Positions 1 through 8,752 of a DNA stretch of 21,751 bases are shown in pieces. The number at the start of each line of letters is the position of its first letter. The stretch's first letter is position 1. The position numbers and the translations under genes are program-made. Source of the stretch: Bdellovibrionota bacterium. Lineage in GTDB: Bacteria; Bdellovibrionota_C; UBA2361; OMII01. The notes beneath the pieces are model-generated. The model made no database searches. It was not told the origin of the DNA and saw nothing but the letters and a program-made list of their open reading frames with translations. The stretch spans positions 1 to 21,751 of the forward strand of contig JBIKWQ010000061.1 of assembly GCA_044356215.1 (NCBI GenBank), given 5' to 3'.

Positions 1-114
1 TTCAGAAGTTCAGAAGTTCAGAAGTTCAGAAGTTCAGAAGTTCAGAAGTTCAGAAGTTCAGAAGTTCAGAAGTTCAGAAGTTCAGAAGTTCAGAAGTTCA
101 GAAGTTCAGAAGTT
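1..114. repeat. Perfect tandem array of the 8-mer TTCAGAAG (14 copies plus TT), cut by the window edge; candidate partition centromere
   Basis: Read directly. It lies about 200 bp upstream of the HTH-parA operon, and an inverted 11-nt copy (TGAACTTCTGA) sits at 307-317. The centromere role is inference. Confidence 0.95.
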
Positions 115-316
115 GTGTCAAGTAGCTCGCAAGCTGCAGGACATCTTGCACCAGACAACCCTACACAGCCTAAACTATCTAGACAACCACAGAACTGTGA
201 AACTTAATCCCCTTTAGTGCATCTTTGGGGCTTACTGTGCGTTCTTGTGCTACTCTGTGTAATCAGCAGCCATTTTAGGCATTGCCGAGCTCCCGCCAAC
301 CTGTTATGAACTTCTG

Positions 317-565
317 ATGGAAGGAAATTCTCTCAGACCGGTCACGACAACTAAATCCAGTCAGAGTCCCGCACGAAGAGACTCCGATGTGATCTCTACA
401 AATGAGGCATGTTTAATCCTGGGAGTTCATCGCAACACACTCTACAAGCTGCTTGAGACCGAGGAATTGCCGGCTTTCCGCCTTTCAAAGGGCGGGCGGT
501 GGAGATTTCGGCGCAGCGAGCTTCAAGGATGGCTAGAAGACAAGGAGGCCAAGAGAAGGCTATGA
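317..565 (+). CDS. Excisionase-like helix-turn-helix DNA-binding protein (HTH_17 type)
   Basis: Motif ISTNEACLILGVHRNTLYKLLETEELPAFRLSKGGRWRFRRSELQGWL. The stop overlaps the parA start (ATGA at 562-565). Confidence 0.85.
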   Translation: MEGNSLRPVTTTKSSQSPARRDSDVISTNEACLILGVHRNTLYKLLETEELPAFRLSKGGRWRFRRSELQGWLEDKEAKRRL

Positions 566-1398
566 CCCCAGTAATAGTTAGTGTTCTAAATCACAAAGGG
601 GGATGCCTCAAAACAACCACCACTGTAAACCTTGCTGCTGCTCTAACCAGAGAAGGTAAGAGAGTGCTTGTTGTCGACCTAGATGCTCAGCAAAACCTCA
701 CGCAGAGTCTCATAGGGCCTGTTCCAATTGAGGAAGGGGTGCCGACCCTGTTCGACGCTCTGATGGACGAAACTGGTCTTGGCCATTTAATCACCCCTAC
801 AAATACAAGGGGCCTAGACATTATTCCGTGCTCGGAGGATTTCGCTGGGGCAGACATCAGCCTTGTCAGTGCCGTTGGAAGGGAATCCATCCTAAAAGGG
901 TGCTTTGATCGCACGCCAGAGTTGGCGTCGTATGATTTTGTTTTGCTCGATAACGCCCCTTCCATTTCACTTGTTGTCATGAACGCCCTAGTAGCGAGTG
1001 ACTTTTTTCTGGTGCCATGCAGCGCCGAGTACCTCCCTATGGTTGGACTAACCCTTCTTGGCAACTCAATTGGCCGAATGGAGAAGGTGGCCCCTCAATT
1101 AAAACCGTTAGGTGTAGTACTCACCATGTATTCTCAGTCAGAAAAGATCTGCCGAACTGTAGAGTCTACCCTGCTTAAGCAACTTGGAACCATGTTGTTT
1201 AAAACCAAGATTCGCGTAAACACCAAGGCCAAAGCGGCGCCAAGCCTTAGAAAGACTATTTTCGAATATGAGGATTCAAAAGATGGCAGGGGAACCTTAG
1301 ACTACACTGCTCTAGCTGCTGAGTTCCTTGAGCGCCTTGGAATGGATGTTCCAAGCAAACAGTCAACAGACCCACGGGAGGAAGTAGCAAATGGCTAA
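562..1398 (+). CDS. parA: ParA/Soj-family partition ATPase (start moved to ATG 562; 278 aa)
   Basis: Deviant Walker A NHKGGCLKTT, A' motif VLVVDLDAQQNLT, Walker B YDFVLLDNAPS, and NALVASD..LVP. ATGA coupling with the upstream HTH gene supports the start. Confidence 0.93.
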   Translation: MTPVIVSVLNHKGGCLKTTTTVNLAAALTREGKRVLVVDLDAQQNLTQSLIGPVPIEEGVPTLFDALMDETGLGHLITPTNTRGLDIIPCSEDFAGADISLVSAVGRESILKGCFDRTPELASYDFVLLDNAPSISLVVMNALVASDFFLVPCSAEYLPMVGLTLLGNSIGRMEKVAPQLKPLGVVLTMYSQSEKICRTVESTLLKQLGTMLFKTKIRVNTKAKAAPSLRKTIFEYEDSKDGRGTLDYTALAAEFLERLGMDVPSKQSTDPREEVANG

Positions 1399-2116
1399 GC
1401 CCACCATCACAGAAAAGGACCTGGACGCTGGCATCTCATCGCTTGGCGGTTTTGGGAACTTAACAAAAGCAGGTAGCTCCTCAACGAGGCGAGATAGCCC
1501 CTTTGGCTCAAGCTACGCCAAACCTGCCGCGGCCACTACTCCAACACAGCAGACTGTCGTAGCACCTAAGAAGCAGGTGGAAGCTCTTAACAAAGAACCT
1601 GCAGAGCCCCTGCAAGCTCCCTTACCTCCGCAAATTGAGTCAGTAATCCCCGCTATAGTGGCGCCGGTCGCAGTCCACCAGCCGATAGAAGACACTCCTC
1701 CTCTTTCCACAACTGCATTGCCTGCAAAAGAACCTGTTGCCTCGCCACTTAGCCCATCTGAACCAACGCCCAAGACTACAACTCCCCGGGCGGCCAAGAT
1801 AAAGCCATCCACGAATGAAGTCGGGCTAGCAGCAGTGTCATCATCCTCAGTAAAGAACTCAGTTCCAAAAACTCAGATCTTTACCGAAAGAGTAACAATG
1901 GTCATGGACTCTCAGACTAGAGATGAGCTCAATCAGCTAGCTCTAGTCCTCCAGCGGCGTAAATCTGACTCTAGCGAGCGTATTACGACAAATACCCTTA
2001 TGCGTGTTGCTATAAAGCTTTTTCTTGAAGAGCTAAGGCCTCAGGAAACAGACTCCCCTAATTCTGAAGCAGAGTTGTACCAACTAACCAAGGCTAGGGT
2101 TAAGCGGAGGTGCTAG
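1391..2116 (+). CDS. Putative centromere-binding partner of ParA: Pro/Thr/Ser-rich N-terminus and compact C-terminal RHH-like domain; not a Spo0J-type ParB
   Basis: Overlaps the parA 3' end by 8 nt. The C-terminus ERVTMVMDSQTRDELNQLALVLQRRK...ERITTNTLMRVAIKLFL has a strand-helix-helix pattern and resembles RITxNTLxRVA proteins recalled downstream of plasmid parA genes. Confidence 0.65.
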   Translation: MAKPTITEKDLDAGISSLGGFGNLTKAGSSSTRRDSPFGSSYAKPAAATTPTQQTVVAPKKQVEALNKEPAEPLQAPLPPQIESVIPAIVAPVAVHQPIEDTPPLSTTALPAKEPVASPLSPSEPTPKTTTPRAAKIKPSTNEVGLAAVSSSSVKNSVPKTQIFTERVTMVMDSQTRDELNQLALVLQRRKSDSSERITTNTLMRVAIKLFLEELRPQETDSPNSEAELYQLTKARVKRRC

Positions 2117-2130
2117 GGGAGGCAGAGAGA

Positions 2131-2191
2131 TGCTTAGAGAGCTTTGGGAGAGGATAAAAACATGTTCTTTCTCACAAAACTCTTAAAAGCA
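2131..2191 (+). terminator. Long imperfect stem-loop right after the par operon; possible terminator
   Basis: TGCTTAGAGAGCTTTGGGAGAGGA can pair with TCTTTCTCACAAAACTCTTAAAAGCA using G-U pairs and mismatches, followed by a T-rich tract. Confidence 0.4.
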
Positions 2192-2274
2192 CTGCTTTTA
2201 TTATAGTTTTAGTAGCCAGATTTACATGTGGGCGAGTACTGCGTGTCCTATCTCTGGTAAAGACAGAAAAGCTA

Positions 2275-2791
2275 GATTAACGGGCCACATTTTTGCCGCG
2301 TCGTTCGAATTTGTGGCCATATTTTTAAGTTTTATTCGATGGATGAGCCATATTTTTGCTTAAAGCGCTCGATTAACGAGCCACATTTTTACCCTCTCTC
2401 TGATACTTCGTGGGGACCATCGCGCTCTATTACTCACCTTGCCAACCAGCGTGTCAGGCAAAATTACCCTAGCTTTCGATTAACGAGCCACATTTTTACA
2501 TTAATCTCATGTCTTTTCTGCTCTAAGGCTTGGGGTAGGGGAGATACCTATCACTCGATTCAGCGGCCACACACAAAAGCCGCTTGGCGTGTATGTATTA
2601 GAAAAGCGGCCTGTTTTAAAAATACTAGATTACCCAGCCACATTTATCGCTTCTCTGCTCTCGATGATTGCGCCTCTTTTTTTGCCCCTCATTCGATTAA
2701 CCGGCCACAATCAATCGAGGCTCTGGCCACAAATTTCTCCCACCCTCTAGAGTATCGAGCCACATTTGATCGATTATCCAGCCATAAAATT
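2275..2791 (+). repeat. Iteron-like array of the replication origin: about 12 direct repeats, consensus GATTAACGAGCCACATTTTT
   Basis: Copies start at 2275, 2307, 2338, 2371, 2478, 2557, 2628, 2663 (degenerate), 2695, 2717, 2750 and 2772. The copies at 2371 and 2478 are identical. The array lies directly upstream of rep. Confidence 0.88.
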
Positions 2792-2805
2792 CCCGGTAAG
2801 CTACT

Positions 2806-2896
2806 AGTTTCTTTCTGTATTTCGCTGCTTAAACTTAAAACTATTTGTTATATAAAAAACAAACAAAACAGAAGCTGTTTGCTGTTTTCTTAATAA
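2806..2896. other. AT-rich segment between iterons and rep; candidate unwinding element or rep promoter region
   Basis: Runs such as CTTAAACTTAAAACTATTTGTTATATAAAAAACAAACAAAA directly after the last iteron. Confidence 0.5.
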
Positions 2897-2908
2897 GGAC
2901 ACATATCC

Positions 2909-4363
2909 ATGATAGAGAATACAGCTGTTATACCAGAACTCATTACCGTAACGCTTGATGATGATGCTAAGCCTAAGCTTACTCTTGTCCCCTCCAAAAT
3001 CACCCACGGTCGTGATGAGCTAAACTTTGCCGAGTTTCCTCTAAGCGCACTCTCAGAGAAGAGCGACCCAGCCGTTAAGACCATCTATTTCGAGGATCAA
3101 ATATTTGATCGTTCCAAGAATCAGCACATACCGCGACGAGTAACAATCACTGGTAGCGATGCCTTTGGTCTTCCTACCCCACTTGATGAGGAGGTTCTGC
3201 TTGCCATCATTCAACTCTCAAAGATGCAAGGCTTTAGTTCCAGAAGGGTTCACTTCACAAGACATCAACTACTACAGATTCTAACTTGGGCCCCTAACGG
3301 ACAAAACTACGCACGTCTTGAGCAGGCCTTTAATAGGTGGATGGGAGTTACCATTTACTACCAAGGTGCATGGAGAGACCGACAAACGCAGAGCTGGGTG
3401 GATGAGAGCTTTCATATGCTTGAGAGGGTAAAGATCTTTCGTGATGAAAGTGCGGGCGGCGGCACCTCGTACTTTGAGTGGAATGAGGTCGTGTTTCGAA
3501 GCTTTCAAAACGGGAACGTTAAACCGCTCAACTATGATTTCCTCTTATCGATCGAAAGCTCCATAGCGAAACGTCTCTATCGTTTTCTAGATAAGCGCTT
3601 TTACCATGCGTGGGAGCTTGAGTTTGAACTAAAATCGCTTTGTTATGAGCATATCGGGTTTTCACGGAACCTTTTGCTAGCGGACCTGAAACGAAAGTTG
3701 TTAAAGGCCATAGGAGAGCTAGAGGAAAAGGGATTTTTGGTCCCCATGACTAAGGATGAGAGGTTTAGAAAGGACGCTCCTGGGCTGTGGAAGGTCTTGT
3801 TTAGAAGAGCTAAGCAGGCAAGCCTTGCGGAGCCTGAGGCAAAAGATGAAGCAGCGCCATCGCTAAAGGATCTCGTAGTTGATTTTGGAGTGAGGGAGCA
3901 AAAAGCTTTAGAGCTACTGGAGAATTTTGGAGAGGAGCTTGTTAGGACGAAGCTTCAAGTTGCCTCGTGGTTAAAGGAAAAGGGAGATGCGAATCTGATC
4001 GCAAATCCACCGGGGTATCTTATCGCTTCAATAGAGAGGGGGTATGAGGCTCCAAGATTGTTCGCGGAAGAGGCTCAGGCGGCAGAGCGTAAGAAGACAT
4101 CAGATTTGGTAGCAAAGAAGATAGCAGCGGCAGAGGCAAAAAAAATACAACGACAAGAAGAGGAGTTCGCTCGTCGAAGTAAGATAGTTGAGAACTACCT
4201 TCTGACATTGACGGCTAAAGAGCACGAGGCGCTCGTAGAGAAGGCACTGCATGAGGCAGATTCGGCGAAGAAGAGAATACTTAACTTAGGGGGCAAGGCT
4301 TCTGAGGCATTAAAGAACACAATAGTAGAAAATTATGTACTAGAGATACTGGCGGCAGGGTAG
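2909..4363 (+). CDS. repA: Plasmid replication initiator protein (replication initiator protein A-like)
   Basis: N-terminal GRDELNFAEFP and GLPTPLDEEVLLAIIQL; later IAKRLYRFLDKRF and NPPGYLIASI. These are motifs recalled from plasmid initiators. Flanked by iterons and a par operon. Confidence 0.85.
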   Translation: MIENTAVIPELITVTLDDDAKPKLTLVPSKITHGRDELNFAEFPLSALSEKSDPAVKTIYFEDQIFDRSKNQHIPRRVTITGSDAFGLPTPLDEEVLLAIIQLSKMQGFSSRRVHFTRHQLLQILTWAPNGQNYARLEQAFNRWMGVTIYYQGAWRDRQTQSWVDESFHMLERVKIFRDESAGGGTSYFEWNEVVFRSFQNGNVKPLNYDFLLSIESSIAKRLYRFLDKRFYHAWELEFELKSLCYEHIGFSRNLLLADLKRKLLKAIGELEEKGFLVPMTKDERFRKDAPGLWKVLFRRAKQASLAEPEAKDEAAPSLKDLVVDFGVREQKALELLENFGEELVRTKLQVASWLKEKGDANLIANPPGYLIASIERGYEAPRLFAEEAQAAERKKTSDLVAKKIAAAEAKKIQRQEEEFARRSKIVENYLLTLTAKEHEALVEKALHEADSAKKRILNLGGKASEALKNTIVENYVLEILAAG

Positions 4364-4427
4364 GGGGATTACTCCAGTAGATACGTAAAAAGACAAATTA
4401 AATTTATTGATACAAGAGAACCTCGCT

Positions 4428-6215
4428 ATGACACATCCGTTAATCATAAACCCAGACCTGACTATATTTGTCATGAGAGAATCAGAACATTACGCTAGGG
4501 CGCGAGATCTTCTGCTTATCTGCGCAGAGCTGCAGAAAAGCCCCGGGCACGTGCAGATCTACTCGGTTACCCCGGTCTCTCTTTGGAACGCGGCCGCGAT
4601 GGGAACTGAGCCGACTGAGCTGCTGAAAAAATTATCTGAGCTATCACAGTTTCCAATCCCTGAATCGGTTAAAGTATTTATATCAGATACCATGGGACGG
4701 TGGGGATCTATGCGACTCCAAAAAATAAAGGGGGACTATATTCTTCAGGCCCTTTCGGCACCTGCGCTCTTATCAGTTAGATGCGCCCCGGAGTTGGCTC
4801 ATTTTTTTGTTAATCCGGTCGGGCCTGACTCATTCCTGATTCAAGAAGAGGATCGCGGTCCACTGAAATTAGCTCTGATAGAGCGTGGATTACCTGTGCA
4901 GGATCTTGCTGGATACTGTGATGGCGATCCTCTTTTTACAAGTAAAGTAGAGATTGATTCGATAAGAAATTTCTCAATGCGCGATTATCAACTAGAGGCT
5001 GCTCAGGCGTTTATGGGCAGTGACTATAGCGCGAGCGGGAGTGGGGTGATCGTACTTCCGTGCGGAGCCGGAAAGACCCTTATTGGCGCGGAGATATTGA
5101 TGCGCATGCAGATGAAGACACTTATTCTGACGGCTAACACTGTCGCCGCTAAGCAGTGGAGGGCTGAGTTGGTAAATAAGTTTAACGTGCCAAATTCCCA
5201 TGTAGGCGAGTATCATGGTCAATCAAAGCAGATAGCCCCAATAACAGTGGCGACATACCAGATTCTAAGTAAGCGAGATAGAGATACTAATGGATTCGAG
5301 CACCTCGCGTTAGTAAACGCTGAGAATTGGGGACTAATTATATATGACGAGGTCCATATGCTCCCAGCGGAACTATTTAGGATGACCAGTCAATTACAAG
5401 CACGCAGGAGACTTGGACTTACAGCGACGTTGGTTAGAGAAGATGGAAAGGAGCCTCAGGTTTTTAGCTTAATAGGCCCAAAGCGATACGAGGTGCCGTG
5501 GAGAGTGCTTGAGCAGCAGGGATGGATAGCTAAGGCTAAGTGCATTGAAATAAGAGTCCCGTTTTCAGCTACAGATCAGGCGATTCATGACGCGGCGGAG
5601 AAGCGAGCTAGGTTCAGATTAGCTTCGGAGAACAGGGCGAAGATCGAGGTGGTTGAGAGGCTATTGAGAGCACATCCAAACGAAAGGGTTCTTATAATCG
5701 GCACCTTTGTTGAACACATACAAACCATAGCCACGGCTCTTGACTGGCCTATCCTAGACGGCAGCTCAAGTCAAAAGAAGAGAGACGAGATTTTTGGCCG
5801 ATTCAGGGCCGGAGAGATTAGAGGTTTGGTTCTGTCTAAGATAGCGAATACGTCAATCGACCTACCAGACGCCTCAATGATTATTCAGGTATCGGGGCAG
5901 TTTGGATCACGTCAAGAGGAAGCCCAGCGGCTGGGAAGGGCTTTGCGGCCAAAGGCAGGAGCTAACCAAGCGCTCTTCTTTAGTTTAGTGACAGATAACA
6001 GCGCGGAGGAGCCTTTTTGCCTCAATAGGCAGATGTTTCTTATTGAGCAGGGTTATGACTATGAGAGAGTATCGATTGGCGAGTGGCAAAGCAGGTGGGA
6101 GAATTTAGACTCTCAGGAAGGAGAGCTAAACCAATCAGCAGGAAATGTTTTTGGAAGATCCGTGGCAGCGGCGGGAGCGCTACTAAGCGATTTAAACTCT
6201 GAGGTAATTCACTGA
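4428..6215 (+). CDS. XPB/Rad25 (ERCC3)-family SF2 DNA helicase, bacterial type (likely start ATG 4428)
   Basis: N-terminal Helicase_C_3-like domain (AELQKSPGHVQIYSVTPVSLWNAAAMG), Walker A LPCGAGKT, DEVH, RRLGLTATLVREDG with the XPB RED motif, and QEEAQRLGRALRPK. Confidence 0.93.
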   Translation: MTHPLIINPDLTIFVMRESEHYARARDLLLICAELQKSPGHVQIYSVTPVSLWNAAAMGTEPTELLKKLSELSQFPIPESVKVFISDTMGRWGSMRLQKIKGDYILQALSAPALLSVRCAPELAHFFVNPVGPDSFLIQEEDRGPLKLALIERGLPVQDLAGYCDGDPLFTSKVEIDSIRNFSMRDYQLEAAQAFMGSDYSASGSGVIVLPCGAGKTLIGAEILMRMQMKTLILTANTVAAKQWRAELVNKFNVPNSHVGEYHGQSKQIAPITVATYQILSKRDRDTNGFEHLALVNAENWGLIIYDEVHMLPAELFRMTSQLQARRRLGLTATLVREDGKEPQVFSLIGPKRYEVPWRVLEQQGWIAKAKCIEIRVPFSATDQAIHDAAEKRARFRLASENRAKIEVVERLLRAHPNERVLIIGTFVEHIQTIATALDWPILDGSSSQKKRDEIFGRFRAGEIRGLVLSKIANTSIDLPDASMIIQVSGQFGSRQEEAQRLGRALRPKAGANQALFFSLVTDNSAEEPFCLNRQMFLIEQGYDYERVSIGEWQSRWENLDSQEGELNQSAGNVFGRSVAAAGALLSDLNSEVIH

Positions 6216-8722
6216 TGAAAGGCAACAAGAAAGGCGCCCTAACGATCGAGGATGTTTTTGATTCTTTGAGCAGATATATAGGAGCCGCTAACCAGGTGGA
6301 TCCAAATCTTGGTAAGTGGCCTTCAATAAAAATTGATCGAAATGAGTCGCGGCGAACGGAGAAAGATCGCGCGGAGATCTTAGATTCCATAATGGGAGTT
6401 GATACTAGCGAGGAGTCCTTCCAATTTTTCACGGAAGCCCGTCAGTCTACCCAGGATACAGCGCTTTTTACGACTTACAGGAATCTTTTACCGGTGCGTT
6501 TTGATAAGCGCGCCTTTAAGATGTTACAGAACTCTGACTGTTTATCATCTGATGTTATTCACCAGATCTCATCACTTTTTTCCGAGCGACTAGTTTATAG
6601 TTTAGACGACGCGCGGAGGGTTTTTGGATCATACCTTCAACCCCTTTTAGCCGGGCAACTGCTCTATGGCGACGTAGCTTGCGCCGAATCTATCTGGGCC
6701 TTGAAAGCAAGTAATCAAGATAGTCATCAGGGTACTCCGATGATAGTCTTTCCAGGTATTCGACTATTTAATTTGATCCGTCATACATCATACAAAATTG
6801 ATTTTCTCTTTAATTTTGCCGTCTCCGAAATGCAGAGTGAGGCCATAGCCGCCAAGGAGCGAGGAAGAGCCCCTTCATATCCCGAGATCGCGCTTAAGAT
6901 AGCAGCTCTTTTAGCAGAGCCTAAGTCATCCCTGAACAGAGCGCTGCAAGCTACGTCGTTCCCCGCAGAGGAGCTCACAATATTAAGGAGTATACTCGGT
7001 TTGGAGGGTCGCCACGGTTCTTTGAAGAGAGATCTACTTCCGCTAAAAGATTTTATCAGAGCAGAGCTCTTAGGTAAGCTTCAAGCTCTTTTAAAAGTAA
7101 GCGCGCCTAGTATCGCAATTGTTGATGAACTAGGTGGTAACGAGAAGAGCTGGGGGCTTAAGTGCTCACCTAACCTCCTAAAGGCTGTGCTCGACTCGGT
7201 TCCGCGAATAGATCTATCAGCGCATAGCGGTAGCCAGGTGTTCTCACCGCAGGCAGTGTCTATAGCGTTAGGGAGCGTCGACCGTGAGGTATTTTTAGGG
7301 AATGTCTACGGGGCGATAATGAGAAACGAGGTCTCTCGGCTTCAAAGTGGGGAGATTTCTCAAGCATCTTTCAAAAAGATTTCAAGTGTTACGTGGTCCA
7401 GTATATCACCAAATAAGACTCGCTCGCTTATCGATAGATTGCTCTCACTTTACTTCGCTAACTTTAGAGGCATAGCTTCTACAGACAAGGCACGGACTTG
7501 TTTGCCCTCTGATTTACTCCGAGCGGAGAGTCTTCGCTTCCGGATACTCGATCGGTTTTCCCTAGCTACAGACCTAGTCAGATTTAGCGAAGCTAGCCCG
7601 GATGGAAAGTGGATCTCCCTAATTGCAGTTAAGCCCCAGGAATGGGGTAGGTCAAATATAACAAGCTCTTTAAGTTTAGTAGATCAGCACGAGCAACCTG
7701 TCCTCGAGGTAGCGTGCTTGATGGGCTGGTTTCTAGGATTTATCGATATCGCCTGGGAGCTCGATTCAAAAGGAATTAAAACAGCAATTAAAGCCGTCCG
7801 AGTAAATAAAGCAAAGTTTCGTGAGGTTATTAATTTAAGGGAAGAGGAAAAAGACACGGCAGTTGCGATAGGAGCGGATCCAACATCAGGTAGAACCGTT
7901 ACAGTCAATCGATACTCAACCAAGGTTGATGTATTGCCATCTGGTGACATATTAGCCGCTCCCGATCTTCATCCAGCGCTCAGATTTTGCCTGTCTACTT
8001 TATTTAGTCCCTCCGCGGGGAATGGGTTCGTCATTCCCACAAAGCTCCCTCCCACCGGCTTCCCCATGGATCTTGAATCAGGAGAAGTGTTGGCCTTTCT
8101 TGAGATAATAAGCAAAAATCCGATTCCGTCTGTGATATCCAGTCGGTTTTCTAACATAGGATCGGAGGGCAATAACGGTAAGAAATTAGGGATATACACA
8201 CCTAGTTTTGTCGTAACCCAAGCCACTAAACAAGAAGCGCAGCGTATTTTAGAGCAGTTTGGGGAATATAAATTGTTTACAGCTGAGATTTCTCCAGGGG
8301 TATGGGGTTTTTATCACAGGCCTGGGTTCGGAGGTCATGACACCGTGAGTATGTACGCAGCTGACTGGGGAGACCCTCGCCATAATCCTACCCACAAGGT
8401 AATTAGCAAAATTAGAAAAGCTGGGCTCAAATTTGATTGTAGCTTTTCAGGTCTAGATCTTATCGCTTCGTTTAATGATGAGCAGTGGGTCAGTATGAAC
8501 GCGTCGCCGACCGATTGTTCTGAAGATTGTGACAGCTTGCCCGAATTGGGGCAGTTCTTAGATTTTCTTGAGGTTAAAGGAACTGATCCTGGGTGGGAGA
8601 AAGACGAGGTAGGAGTTAACATTTTTTCTCTACTGCCTAGTGAGGTAACTAGATCAAAGGTATTTAGCCAGGTTATGTTTCCTTTTTTTGCTTTTATGAA
8701 GACCACAGAGCGTTATCTTTAG
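6215..8722 (+). CDS. 835-aa hypothetical protein, probable XPB partner with a degenerate Helicase_C_3-like domain
   Basis: TGATG stop/start overlap with XPB. The segment VDVLPSGDILAAPD...EVLAFLEIISKNPIPSVI echoes the XPB N-terminal domain (LIINPDLTIFV...ELLKKLSELSQFPIPESV). No Walker motifs seen. Confidence 0.6.
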   Translation: MKGNKKGALTIEDVFDSLSRYIGAANQVDPNLGKWPSIKIDRNESRRTEKDRAEILDSIMGVDTSEESFQFFTEARQSTQDTALFTTYRNLLPVRFDKRAFKMLQNSDCLSSDVIHQISSLFSERLVYSLDDARRVFGSYLQPLLAGQLLYGDVACAESIWALKASNQDSHQGTPMIVFPGIRLFNLIRHTSYKIDFLFNFAVSEMQSEAIAAKERGRAPSYPEIALKIAALLAEPKSSLNRALQATSFPAEELTILRSILGLEGRHGSLKRDLLPLKDFIRAELLGKLQALLKVSAPSIAIVDELGGNEKSWGLKCSPNLLKAVLDSVPRIDLSAHSGSQVFSPQAVSIALGSVDREVFLGNVYGAIMRNEVSRLQSGEISQASFKKISSVTWSSISPNKTRSLIDRLLSLYFANFRGIASTDKARTCLPSDLLRAESLRFRILDRFSLATDLVRFSEASPDGKWISLIAVKPQEWGRSNITSSLSLVDQHEQPVLEVACLMGWFLGFIDIAWELDSKGIKTAIKAVRVNKAKFREVINLREEEKDTAVAIGADPTSGRTVTVNRYSTKVDVLPSGDILAAPDLHPALRFCLSTLFSPSAGNGFVIPTKLPPTGFPMDLESGEVLAFLEIISKNPIPSVISSRFSNIGSEGNNGKKLGIYTPSFVVTQATKQEAQRILEQFGEYKLFTAEISPGVWGFYHRPGFGGHDTVSMYAADWGDPRHNPTHKVISKIRKAGLKFDCSFSGLDLIASFNDEQWVSMNASPTDCSEDCDSLPELGQFLDFLEVKGTDPGWEKDEVGVNIFSLLPSEVTRSKVFSQVMFPFFAFMKTTERYL

Positions 8723-8752
8723 GCAGAGAAGCGTTCTTTGCCTATAGAGATT

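Noticed and set aside
1..114. Telomere, or coding repeat (FRSSEVQK)n
   Set aside because: The window edge hides the context. No terminal protein or protelomerase gene is seen, and the frame cannot be tied to a gene. Not fully excluded.
499..561. N-terminal extension of ParA given in the ORF track
   Set aside because: It overlaps the HTH gene. ATG 562 gives a normal ParA N-terminus and ATGA coupling.
2275..2791. CRISPR array
   Set aside because: The repeats are degenerate, non-palindromic and irregularly spaced (gaps of 2 to 87 nt), there are no cas genes, and they sit directly before rep. Iterons fit better.
2339..2893. 184-aa ORF over the origin
   Set aside because: The recurring INEPH/LTSHI peptides are translations of the iterons, and there is no ribosome-binding site. 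Probably spurious.
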